A DNA stretch of 63,285 nucleotides, counting the filler, from Olpidium bornovanus S191 (Eukaryota; Fungi; Olpidiomycota): NCBI GenBank assembly GCA_017911155.1. It is 27 parts of 27 records of this genome, joined end to end, with 100 filler letters (N's around TTAATTAATTAA, not from the genome) between each part and the next. Parts side by side here need not be neighbours in the genome. Positions count along the whole stretch, not along the records: positions 1 to 4,438 come from JAEFCI010005808.1; positions 4,539 to 5,717 come from JAEFCI010005533.1; positions 5,818 to 7,755 come from JAEFCI010003154.1; positions 7,856 to 8,881 come from JAEFCI010006903.1; positions 8,982 to 10,719 come from JAEFCI010002313.1; positions 10,820 to 12,418 come from JAEFCI010006784.1; 21 more parts are not named here. The stretch is one strand, 5' to 3'. A program made the position numbers and the translations under genes. Below are positions 1-11,093 of the stretch, one piece after another. Position 1 is the stretch's first letter, and each line of letters opens with the position of its first letter. The notes below the pieces were generated by a model. That model was given only the letters and a program-made list of their open reading frames with translations. It was not told the origin of the DNA and made no database searches.

Positions 1-626
1 CATGGCAGACGGTTCGGGGTGACAGTTAAGGCTCAAGGAGAGAGGGGAAACCCACGCGGAGCAGCCTGTTAAGGATAGGGAGGTGAACAAAGCAATCGGG
101 TCACGTGATCCGACGAGGGTATGGGGCGCACAAGGCTGGCATTGCCGCCGCGCTCTTCATCACTCTGGACTGTTTGACAACGAACGCCAAGTGGATCGGG
201 CCTCCAACTTGCATCACATCATTGGGCGCTGCAGCGCTCGCCCTCGTGACCTCGGTGACGCCTGTCTGGAGCCGCAGCATTATGTAGTGTACACAGAACG
301 CGTCTCGGCATGCAGCTCCTTTAGGCCTTACCGTGCGACTAGCATCGTGTGACGTCTTCCCAAAGAAATCATGTAATTACAAAGTGCACCGCCGCCGACA
401 AGGTGCCTATAAATATATCTCTTTTTTCCTGGCCCCCAGAAGACCCAAATTTATCTTGATGGCGGGCTGCTCTACAGCCTCGGCGGTACTCTGAGAATTT
501 CGGGCCCCTGGGCTTTAGCGCCGCGTTCGTCGCCCGCGAGACCGAGGACGCCAGCAAAATCCCTCCCGCCTGACGTCGGCGCTCGCGTTTCGCAGTGTGG
601 CCGCGGCGCTCCTGCTGCCCAACGAC

Positions 627-2003
627 ATGGCAGAGTTCAGCAGCGACAGCTACGACTCGGCCGCTTACAATGATTTTAGGCCCGTTTACCCCGACGACCT
701 GTACAGCTTGGTGGCCCGGTTCAGGGGAGGCAAGGAAGTGTTTCTGGCGGCGGACGTCGGCTCGGGAACGGGTCAGGTGGCGAGGGCGCTGAGGGATGGG
801 AAGGGCGGGATAGGTGAGCCCCATCTCGGCCGCGGATATTGCTGGTCGCTGGCATGTCACGAGGTCTGTGCTTCCTGGCGTAATTTCGAACTGTCTCTAT
901 CTCGGTCCGTAGCGGTGCGGAAGGTCCTCGCATTCGACGCGAGCGAAAAGATGCTCCAGGTGGCCAGGGAGACGGAAATACGGAGACCCGACAGGCACCT
1001 CACGCCAGACGTGGAATACAGGGTGTGCAAGGCGGAAAAGCTTTGTCTACCCAGCGAGTCGGTCGACCTCGTTACCGTCGCGCAGGCGGCGCATTGGTTT
1101 GATATGGGGGTGAGTTCGCGGCGCCGTAAGGCGCGTGAGGTTTCAGACGCTCTTTGGTGTGTTTGTGTGGGTTGAGGACTCGTTCGCGACAAGTCAGATC
1201 ACTTATCGAACGGTGCCGGCACTGTGGGTATACTCCCCAACTTATCTAACTTAGGTGTTCTGGAAAGAGGTTGCGCGTGTCCTGAAGCCAGGTGGAACGT
1301 GGGTGACCAGATCCGGCTTTGGGTATCTAGGGCGTGCGGAAATTCGGCCTGCTTGGCTGATGTTCTTTCCAAGCAGCGTGGCGATATTTTCCTTCGCTAT
1401 GCCTGTCCTTCTTGGAAACGCCGAAGCCTCGCAGCTCCTGCTGCAACTGGCGCACGATTCCAACCACCTGGCACCTTACTGGGTGAGCGTGAAAGATGAG
1501 CAACGCAAAGAACTAAGCTGCTGAAAATTTTTTGTTATGGCGGTACGTGTTGCCGGGAGGGGTTAAAAAGGTGAGGAAGCTCAAGTTCTTAGAAAACCAT
1601 GCAGGAAGAACCCGGCCAGACCCTGGCGCACGAGCTGTACGTCGATGACAGTTTCATTCCACCGCCCGACCTGTTCGGCCGGAGCGAGCGGTACGTCCAA
1701 CCAGGCGACGGCCACAGTTCGACGTCGCATGAGGCCCCGCTGGTGTCGTCGTCGATGCCGCTATCGCAGTTCACCCGATACGTGAAGACCTGGTCAGCCT
1801 ACCACAAGTGGAAGCGTGAGCATCCGGACGCTCAAAGCGACATTGTGGACGAGTGCACGAACAAAATGCGGGCTTGTTTCGAGGCAGCGCACGACGAGGC
1901 CGAGAAGTTTGCTGGCTCCATATTCCTTTCGCCAGAGAGGACATTTGACCCCGTGGTCAAAATCGTGTGGCCCCTGGTACTCATACTGGCGGAGAGGAAG
2001 TGA
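627..2003 (+). CDS. Class I SAM-dependent methyltransferase (Methyltransf_11, Tmt1/Crg1-like), 5 exons
   Basis: Motifs DVGSGTGQVA, VLAFDASEKML, LPSESVDLVTVAQAAHWFD and RVLKPGGT. Exons about 627-813, 913-1109, 1255-1298, 1377-1482 and 1605-2003, with GT-AG introns that keep the frame. Confidence 0.85.
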
Positions 2004-3078
2004 CAACTTGTCGGCGAGGTCGACTTGGACGTGGTTTGCCCGTTACGTTATCCGGCTGACGTAAGAAACCCAAGAAAAATGGTCTGCCTGGGCCGCAGAT
2101 TAGCGCATTGCCGGAAATAGTACGATCGCGTTGATAATGACGTATATTTTGAGGGATTCTCCCGAAAAGAAAAAGAAGCGTGCACTGTGCCGCTTTTCGA
2201 AAGTAATTTGCGCCGTTTCTGCGCAGCTGGTGCGTTCCCGAAGCAGTTCATTCCATTTTAACCATTGTCAGGACTGGGGGATCAAATTAAGCAAAGCAAA
2301 GCAGGTTAAACCAAATTCCAAGTTTCTCACCGAGTGAAACCCTGCCTGTGTCAATCTCGGGCGAGTACGCAGCGGGTTGCAGAGCAGCAGGGGAAGCGGG
2401 GGCGGGCTGAGGACGGCAAACGCGAACGAAGGGGAGAGAGTGCGTCGGTGTTTGACACCATGTTGCAAGCCCTTTCTTTGCGTCTTTTTTATGGCAGCGT
2501 GCGATCGTTTCACACAAGCGGAGGACAACGACAAGGTTGGTTTTGTCTCCTTTGTATTTCCGAGGCGCTGCGCGGTGCGTGAGGGCAGATGCACCTCTAC
2601 AACTTAATATAAACGGCACGGGGACAGCAGCGTAAGCGGAAGGGCGCCGGTTCGCGCCAGAAGCCGACTTGCGGGGTTTACCCTGTTCGACCGCTGCCCG
2701 CCGACAGCACCGACCTGCGTGAATTGCGACACCTCCCAGGAGCCGGCGTCCGAGGGAGCGGCGCTCCACCCAACCCTTGGGGGTGGATACCGCGCAGCCG
2801 GGGCCCCCCCGGGCGAACGGCAGGGGAGAGAAGCGCGGGGGGGTTCCCCGCCGCCGCGCCACCCGCCCGCGTGATCCGATCCTTCTCTTCCAGACCCGCA
2901 CGCCCGGCCCTGCCGCGCCCCCTCTTCCCCCTCTCCCCGCCACGCGCCCGCGGGCCAAGCCTTCCGCCGTGCTGCTCTTTGGGCAACGAGCGGCACAGGA
3001 AATAACCCCGACAGCGCCCTCACCCCCCAACCGCGCTCGCCGACCGGCGATCCCGCAGCTTGACGGGCAACCCGCAAA

Positions 3079-4207
3079 ATGGAAGGGGCGGGTGCTCCCG
3101 CAACCGCGGGCCCTGGCGAGCCCGAAACGTTCTACCGGCGGAGTTTCACGGCCCCGATCGATCTCAGCTCGTTCGCGTTCTGCGTGCCGGGCGCGCCCCG
3201 CGAGGGCAGGAGGTAACCCCGCGGGATACACGGCGTCGTTCGGTTGGAATCCCAGTTTGCGCTGAACTGGGAAGGCCGATCCTCCGACGCGTTCCGGCAA
3301 ATACCGACGCGTGCGTTGCGTGTCCCGCCTTCGTCCGTTCCAGATACGAACTGAGAGTGATTCAGCAACCGCTTCGTGCCCGGATGTGCGGTTTTGGCGA
3401 CAAGGTGGGCAGCCCTTTTACCAGCTTTCCGCGGATCACCGCGGGTAAATCCATTGCGTCCGGGCCTTACCTCTGATCTTCTGCCGGCGCCCGCTTGTTC
3501 TTGCTTGTTCCCCCCTGCAACTTGAAACTCCATCGCGTCGATCAGGACCGACGGCCCGCGACGCCGCCGCCAATTGTCGAACTGATCGTGCGGGCCGCGA
3601 ACGGGCGGCTAATAGACGTGCCGTGGGTTCACGTGCTCCTGCCGGCCTTGGCACGTGGGCGAGGGAAAATGGGCGGCGCGCGGTGGGCCCGGCGCTGCTT
3701 AGGGTGGCTCTCCATTGACACGACCCCCGCTTTCCCTCAAGGTCGTAAAAGTAACTCGGAGGTGTCGTTCTACGTGTTGAAGTGTGACCTGTACTCCGCC
3801 GACGGGACCGCTGATCGGAACCTTGTCGTGCACCCGTCGGTGACCGTGGCGGCAAGGGTGGCGGCTCGGCAGCTGGAGGCGGCCGCAGCTGTCGCGGACC
3901 TCGAAAAGAGCGGTGCCGATCCTTCTGCGGTCGCCGCCGCCGCCGCGGAAGCCAGCCTGCCGCACGCCGTGCTGAAGCACCGCATGCCGACCGCCAGGGC
4001 GGCTACTGGCGCCGTCATACGCAACCTCATTGGCTGCCTCATGGCCAGTGCCACCAAGCTCACCCGCCTCCCTGCAGCTCGCGCGACAGCTGCGGCCGAA
4101 ACCGGCGATGCCGGCCCCATAATGGGGATATATTTTGTGCTTCAGGACCTCAGCGTTCGGACCGAGGGTAATTTTAGGTTCAAGTTCTCGTTCATCGATT
4201 TGCGGAG
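3079..4207 (+). CDS. Velvet-domain transcription factor, VelB-like, 3' truncated by the contig end
   Basis: Exons 3079-3212, 3344-3404, 3546-3622 and 3752-4207 splice to [33 protein letters not shown] ... SFYVLKCDLYSADG ... RNLIGCLMASATKL ... GIYFVLQDLSVRTEGNFRFKFSF. These are the hallmark velvet blocks, split by an insertion as in VelB. Confidence 0.93.
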
Positions 4208-4538
4208 GTGCGTCTCCCTCAGTTGTGTCTGTTGGCCGGAAATTCCGCCCGTCTAATTTGCGCGCCAAGGTGCTGTCAAAACGGCTATGCCCCCCCCCTT
4301 CCCCCCCCTTTTCCCCTCCCCCCGACATGGCGCGCCGTTCTCGGGAGCGGTTCTTTATTTGTAAGCAATGTCTTGCTGCTCATCACAGCGACACAAAATC
4401 AGCGGTTACCACCGGCTCGACAATGATCCAGACCGAGGNNNNNNNNNNNNNNNNNNNNNNNNNNNNNNNNNNNNNNNNNNNNTTAATTAATTAANNNNNN
4501 NNNNNNNNNNNNNNNNNNNNNNNNNNNNNNNNNNNNNN

Positions 4539-5717
4539 CATGGAGACGTACGCGCTGGATTCGCTCTCGGCGGTGCAAGTGATAGCCCAGCTGCAGGCGC
4601 ATTACGGCGTGGAAATCGGGGTCGCGACGCTTTTCAACGAGCCCACAATCGAGGGCGTGGCCAAGCAGATCGGCCTGCAGCTCGCAGAGAAAGCCCGGCC
4701 CGCCGACGCCGCCGCCGAGAGCTGGCCGCCGGAATGTTCGACGGACCCGGACGGCCAGGATGCAGAAGAGGAACTCGTCACGTCAGGCCGTACCGGTTTG
4801 GGGAGGGCAGAGGCGCGCGGGAAGTTCGCGTCCTCCGAGACGGCCGACGCCGCTCAGGACGCGCCGCCGCCCGCGGCAAAGGCGGAGCAGCGGACACCCG
4901 CTGCTGCGTCGTCGAAATCGAGCGCGTTTGACCGGTCGCCGCTGGTGACGCTGGTGCCGCGGACCAACGCGTCCGGCGACAGGCCGTCGCTCGTTTGCGT
5001 GCACCCGTTGCTCGGGAGCGTCGCGTGCTACCTGCCGCTGGTGCAGCAGCTGGGGCCGGACCAGCCCGTGTACGGTCTGGAGGCCGCGGCGTTCAGGCCG
5101 GCGTTCGGCGGGGAGCGCGGCGCGAAAGGGGGAAGCGGCGACGGCGGCGGCGACGGCGACGGCGCGGAAGACCACGAGGGGTCGATCGAGCTGCTGAGCG
5201 AGGCTTACGCGTCGACTCTGGCCGAGTCGCAGCCGACCGGCGACTTCGTCCTCCTCGGCTACAGCTTCGGCGGGCTGGTCGCGTACGGCATGGCGCGGGA
5301 GCTCGAGAGGCGGTCGCGGAGGGTGCTGGCCGTGGTGCTCGTGGACGCCCCGGCGCCGCTCCTGGAGCCGAGGCGGGTGAACGCGGCGGCGCTGGAGGCG
5401 AACGCGCAGAAGATCCTGGCGGACGGCGAGACGGCGTGGATGACACAGGGGCACCGGAGCGGCGACGGCGCGCAGGGGCGGGTGGCGCGGCGCATCGGGG
5501 CGATGCGGGAGCACGTGCTCGACGTCGGCGAGGCCGGCGCGCGGGACGGCTTCGCGGTGCATCAGTTCCGGGCGGCGTCGGCCGCGCCGGAGGAGGAACG
5601 GTACGGCCTGCTCCTCGACCACCCGCACTTCCACGGGCGCGGGTTCGGTTGGGAGCGGTACTCGGGCAGGATCGTCTTCGAGAGGAGCATACCAGGCAAC
5701 CACTTCACGGTCATGAG
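4539..5717 (+). CDS. C-terminal part of a PKS/NRPS megasynthase: phosphopantetheine carrier domain + type I thioesterase (partial at both ends)
   Basis: Carrier motif ALDSLSAVQV...LFNEPTIEGVA. Thioesterase motifs LVCVHPLLGSVACY, DQPVYGLE, nucleophile GYSFGG, VLVD and GNHF (Ser-Asp-His triad intact). Open across the whole 1179-nt contig with no intron. Confidence 0.9.
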
Positions 5718-5817
5718 NNNNNNNNNNNNNNNNNNNNNNNNNNNNNNNNNNNNNNNNNNNNTTAATTAATTAANNNNNNNNNNNNNNNNNNNNNNNNNNN
5801 NNNNNNNNNNNNNNNNN

Positions 5818-7191
5818 CATGTACAGAAAATACGTGTTGCCGTTTACTTGCAGGTTCGATATCGATCCTGCTGAATCCACAACCTATCCGTCCAAATCAA
5901 AACAAGAAAAAAACGTTGGCACCAGAACATTCGCAATTTTACCATCGTGCCAGACGCGGATTCCGGTGTCAAGAAGCAAGAGAGCATTACCAGCAGCTTT
6001 GTCCCCCTCGTCAAACATTTGCCCAGGAGAGCCACCAGAGCCATAGTCTTCGGACGGGACACGGCCATCAGCTCGTTGAGTACAAACATTGCCGTCACGA
6101 GGGTCGCGTCGCCGAGCCTGGCTTTGAGCGCTGCGCCTGCGCTGCCCTCGAGGTCCAGCAAGTCGGCGAGCGCGAACTCGGCTTTCAAAGCTGCGCCGTC
6201 GGCCAATCCCCACCGCGACGTCGCCGCGGCCAAAAGCCGGGCATGGACGTCGGTCCAGTCCACGCGGTCAAGCACGGTCAGGTTCAGAGAGAACCGACCG
6301 CACCCGGCTCGGACGTGCGTGGAGGCGGCCAGGAACCCGACAAGCTCAGACCCCGCGCCCCCGCCCAACGCTACCACCCGGCAGTCGTCCTCGCAAATGC
6401 ACGCGAATATTGCGGGCTCCTCGAGCAGCAACTGGTAGTACGCGAGGGCCCGTGCCGGAACGTACTGCGCGGCTAGGAATGAAGAACGCAAGTCAGCTGA
6501 ACACATTATTTGTGCCGAGGGGCGGATGCGGGCCGACCCTGGAGGGTCTTTGCGGCAGCAAGCACGCGCTTCCCGCGCAAAACAGGGGTTCCGACGACTT
6601 ACTGTACACGGGGAGGTTGCCGGGGCAGTCGAAAACTTCGTTGTACCGGCGGTGAAAGAAGTCAGCCTTTATGGTTTGGAGCCTCACCGAGAAGTTCTTG
6701 TCTGATGCCAGGGTGTCGTCGAGCGCCTGCTGTACCGTGTCCAGTATCTCTGCGTGCATCATCGCGGAGAGGCATAAAAGGGCATTAAGAAGACGTGCCA
6801 AACCCGGGCGGAGTGAGTTTGCTGGAACCGCGGCAGACGGGCGGCGTTTCGCATCGCCATATTGCAGAATCAAGCCGTAGGACCGCCTCTCCCTCTCACT
6901 CTCTCTCTCTCTTCCCCCCCCCCCCCCCCTCTCTCTCTCTCTCTCTCTGTGTCTCTCCCTCTCTATCTCACCTTGCTCCGGTTCCGCGCCGAGCGCGCCC
7001 AGCGGAAAGGGTGCGCGAGCGGCGGTCCCGCCGGCGCCGCCGTCTGCCGCGGCGTCCGCGCGAGGAGGCCCGGCTCCCGGCGTTTTCCGCGCTGCGGCGG
7101 CGGTGGCGGCGGAGAGCGGCTGCGTCCTCGCCCTGAGGGCGTTCGCGGCCTGCCTCTCACGCAGGGCGGCGTGCGCGCCGGTCTTTACCAT
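5818..7191 (-). CDS. BMT6: 25S rRNA (uridine-N3)-methyltransferase, Bmt6-like, 3' truncated
   Basis: Exons about 7191-6972, 6749-6603, 6472-5991 and 5883-5818 give IKADFFHRRYNEVF...TAQYVPARALAY, VVALGGGAGSEL, TAMFVLNEL and KLLVVDSAGSISNL, which match the fungal Bmt6 family blocks. Confidence 0.75.
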
Positions 7192-7506
7192 GGTGCGGGC
7201 TTTCTCTCTTTCTTCTCTCTCTCTCTCCGCGCGGAACTGCGGCGGTAGCGTGCTGCGATTGCGCGCGAGTGGCGCCGTCGGGCGGACCTTCTCTCTGCTC
7301 TCTCTCTCTCTCTCTCTTCCGTCCGCGCCCGCTCTGCCTCCTCCTTCCCCGTTCTCCTCCTTCCTCCTTCCCGCTCCTCCCGGGTGGTTCCTCCTTTCCT
7401 TGTTCCATTCCCTTATTCCTCCTTCCCGCCCCACCCGCGTCCTGCCCTCCCCCGCCCCCCCCGCGCACGCCGCGCGCTCCGCCGCAGGAGAAACCTCTCT
7501 ACAGAA

Positions 7507-7664
7507 ATGAGGCCCGCTCTCCAGCCGCCCCTGGCGCTGCTGCCGCTCTTGGCGCACGCGTTCCTCCCGTTGCCGCCCGCCGCCGCTGCCTCGGACAGCC
7601 CGCTGTGCACATACCGGAACCCCACCACGGGCGAAGAATACAACCTGAACCCGCTCACTGTCGC
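7507..7664 (+). CDS. First exon of a secretory-pathway protein with a signal peptide and MRH-like start (M6P-receptor/Mrl1/Atg27-like)
   Basis: Hydrophobic leader MRPALQPPLALLPLLAHAFLPLPPAAAA, then CTYRNPTTGEEYNLNPL and a GTGCGT donor at 7665. Divergent from BMT6. Confidence 0.45.
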
Positions 7665-7670
7665 GTGCGT

Positions 7671-7747
<77 letters not shown>

Positions 7748-7873
7748 CCCCGCGCNNNNNNNNNNNNNNNNNNNNNNNNNNNNNNNNNNNNNNNNNNNNT
7801 TAATTAATTAANNNNNNNNNNNNNNNNNNNNNNNNNNNNNNNNNNNNNNNNNNNNGGGGGGGGGGGGGGGGGG

Positions 7874-7958
<85 letters not shown>

Positions 7959-8291
7959 GCGGCGTTTGGTCGCGTCGGTGGGGGAAGGGTGGTTGTGGTG
8001 GTTTCGGGGTGTGTTTGCGGAAAGGGGGAAAAAAAAAAAAAAAAAAAAAAAAAACAAAATGAAGCAACGGCGAAGCAAACTGTAGCCCGCCAGTTTCCAG
8101 CTCTCGCTTTTCGGATCGCTTCGAACGCCGCCGCGCGCACCCGGGGGGCCCGAAAACTCAAGCCAAAAGTCTTTGGGCCCCTGCCATCAAAACCGGGTCC
8201 CGGCCCCCAACAACGTCCGGACGCCCGGTTTTTGTAGTCGGTCCCCCGTTTTCCCCACCCACCCCCCACACCCGGGCGCGTCTTTTTTTAC

Positions 8292-8602
8292 CTGAAATCG
8301 TGCCACTTGTTCCTCTCCAGGCACTCCACGATCTCGTCGTACGTGGATCCGTCAGGGTTGGCGAGGAGGTTCAGCGCGCGTATCAGCCCGTTCGCGAGGT
8401 TCGTCCGCCGGCCGACGCCGGCGTCGCCCGCGGGTTCGGCGCCGCCGGCCGACGCGGCCCGCGCGGCGGCCGCCGAGCCCCCCGCGGACGACGCTGGCGA
8501 CGCCTCGCGGTCTTCCGAGTCGCGCGAAGCCGGGCCGCCGCCGCCGCCGCCGCCGCCGCCTTCGGACTCCGGCTTCAACTCGGCTTCGGACGGCTGCTCC
8601 AT
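8292..8602 (-). CDS. First exon of a hypothetical protein with a possible winged-helix (H15-like) start
   Basis: Low-complexity N-terminus, then NLANGLIRALNLLANPDGSTYDEIVECLERNKW, ending at a GTAAAA donor. Confidence 0.3.
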
Positions 8603-8716
8603 CGATTCCGCGCTGCGGCCGGGGGCGGGGAAGGGGTCGGCAGGCGGCGGGGAAGGAGGAGTTGGGGGGTTCGCAGTCGGGCGCGCGTTTTCCTCTTTTT
8701 TCTTTTTTTTTTTTTT

Positions 8717-8762
<46 letters not shown>

Positions 8763-11093
8763 GGGGGGGGGGGGGGAGGGGGTGGTTTTTTTTTTTTTTT
8801 TTTTTTTTTTTTGGAGGGTGAGATCCAAGCGGGGACGACGGCGTGCGCTTCCCCACGTGGTCCCCGGCCGCTGCAGGGCAANNNNNNNNNNNNNNNNNNN
8901 NNNNNNNNNNNNNNNNNNNNNNNNNTTAATTAATTAANNNNNNNNNNNNNNNNNNNNNNNNNNNNNNNNNNNNNNNNNNNNCATGAATTTAAACTAGGGG
9001 AGGGGGGAATTTAAAAAATGAACATTGCCCTGTGCCGCTTTCGTCGAACAAAAAGAAAAAAATTCATAACGTATTTTCCACATTACCCATAATATTATGG
9101 TGCATAGCAACCTTTGGGGTGTACCTGCCCAGGGTTGGCCTTCGTCAAGAACAGAATATAGCATTGTGCGGTGCGCAGGTCAGTGAGCTCATTGAGCTGG
9201 GCATCAGAAGGTGTCTGGAAGCCCCCGCCGGCATTGAGGTCGGGCGGAACATCTTTCCAGGTGATGCGCGGAACCTCAGCAACCATTTCGATGGTTTTTA
9301 AGTTCATTTTTGGGTGTCTTTATCGTCAAGGCTCACCTTCACGTTAGCGTATGTGGCACTATTAGACGTCTGGAGGACGAGATTTGTTGGCATAAGCTGT
9401 GCAGCCGCGGAATTCGCAACATATACGGGATTTGCTATGTATTCCGCAAATGAGTGGTGGGGGGGACGCGCTGCTTAGCAAAGGTTAGACGTATAGTGCT
9501 GATTTCTGCTGATTTCCGCTGCTCTCTGCCGCTTTTTGCGGATTTCTCGCCGTACCTGCGCGTCTGACGGCATCGCCGTCGACGTGCGGCGGTCCCGCAC
9601 GACGCCGCGCCTTGCGGGTGCGGCTTCCGACAACGTCCGTTGGCTCCTGCAGAAATTTTGCGGAGCCTTTGGCGCATTCCGGACGGCTGGGCATCGGCCG
9701 GGACGCATATAAACGGCGCCCGGCTGACGGCCCACCGGTGAGCTCATGACTCGCCCCGCTCCCATGCACAACACAACAACAGCGCCTTCCCTTTTCTCAT
9801 TCTCCTTCTTCCGCTTCCGCTGCCACGGGCCTAACCACGAGGCCTGCGGCATACAGAAGCAGAGTGCACGACAAGACTCGAATGCACAGCCGCAGAGCAC
9901 ACAAGTGGAGACAGCAAGAGGTTCTTTGGCCGCTACGACGCAGGAGGGGTGTTTGAAAAAGGATGGGTTGATTTTTGCTTGCCGATGCGTGCAAAATGCA
10001 TTTAACTCGTTGGTGAAATACGCGGGATGGTTTTATGTTCGGAACGACATATATTCGGGTGCTTGGGCTAACCGAATTAGGTGCGTATTTCGTTTTTCCA
10101 AACGTGCAGCTTTAGAACCCCCCCCCCTGTTTTGATCAAAATGGTAATGCTAATGCTGGTGTTAAAGTAATCTGCAAATGGACTCAAACCAGCCTCAGCA
10201 ACGATGGTTGCAAGGCCCGGAGCCGGCTCCAGCGGCCTGGCGCCGTTGAGCTCGGCTATGAGACCCGTTTTCCCGGACCGCTTTTCTCCATGGCGACCTT
10301 CCGAGCTGCATTCTCCTGGCGGAGTTGCGCAAGCTCGTCCTCGGCCGAGGACGCAGCTCCAGCCGTCATGGGGCTGTGCGGAGAGGAGCTGGCAAGGCGG
10401 AGTTGTGAAATACGGATGATGTTTTTGACATCCTGACGCGCCACGCAAAGTGGGGTTGTCAAGTGGTGTTTTAATTTTGAATAGCTCGTTCTGAGGGGAT
10501 ACCACTCGGGTGATTCGTGGTTTGATCGTCCCGCAGCTCGCAGTAGACTGATATCTCTGCTCTTGACGCCAACAGATAGAAACGACAGAAGAAAGTGTTT
10601 GGTTGGTGGCCCGCACATTTCGGCGCTCGCCGAGGAAACATCCCGCGCCCCTCCAACGTTGCTACCCTCTCATACTGACCGGAAATTTCACGGGTATGTT
10701 ATTGGGAAAGCTTCCATGCNNNNNNNNNNNNNNNNNNNNNNNNNNNNNNNNNNNNNNNNNNNNTTAATTAATTAANNNNNNNNNNNNNNNNNNNNNNNNN
10801 NNNNNNNNNNNNNNNNNNNAATGCAGGCCGCAGCAGGGCGCGGGAGAGTGTCGCCGGGGAGGGAGCGGGGGGCGGCCGCGACCCCGCCGAAGGCCCCGCC
10901 GGTCCCCCCCCCTTCGGGGGCAGGGCCGTCCGGGTGCACCAAAAAAAAAAAAAAAAAAAAAAAGAATGGGCAGCCGGCTGCGGGAGCCGAGGGAACCGAT
11001 CCAGGGGAAAACAGTCTCTGCTTCTCTCTTCTCACACGCTCGCGCCCAAACCTTCCCCGCCTGCCCTTCTCCTTTCGGGGGGGTGTTTCCTAG

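Noticed and set aside
83-352. Short ORFs at the window start, one hydrophobic (105-287)
   Set aside because: No recognisable motif or supported exon structure.
4483-4494. TTAATTAATTAA repeated 26 times at semi-regular spacing (CRISPR-like or piggyBac TTAA-like)
   Set aside because: Always embedded in N44 flanks; it is an assembly spacer, not biology.
4734-5765. Many long overlapping and antisense ORFs in GC-rich regions (also 37295-39038, 55870-56916)
   Set aside because: Shadow ORFs expected from high GC3 or GC-rich repeats. Their Arg/Pro/Ala-rich translations have no domain signal.
4539-7191. Apparent cluster of velvet, PKS/NRPS end and methyltransferases in the first 7 kb
   Set aside because: The PKS/NRPS fragment and BMT6 lie on separate contigs joined by spacers, so the adjacency is arbitrary.
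7670-7957. Very long poly-C/poly-G runs (also near 8730, 14430, 15180, 27160, 32100, 39070) giving poly-Pro/Gly ORFs and G-quadruplex potential
   Set aside because: They cluster at contig ends and their lengths are unreliable in short-read or amplified data. The ORFs are composition artefacts.
9125-10620. Protein-like stretches on the minus strand (e.g. VPRITWKDVPPDLNAGGGFQTP; EDELAQLRQENAARK)
   Set aside because: The frames do not join by clear splice sites and I recognise no family. They may be decayed coding sequence but cannot be supported.
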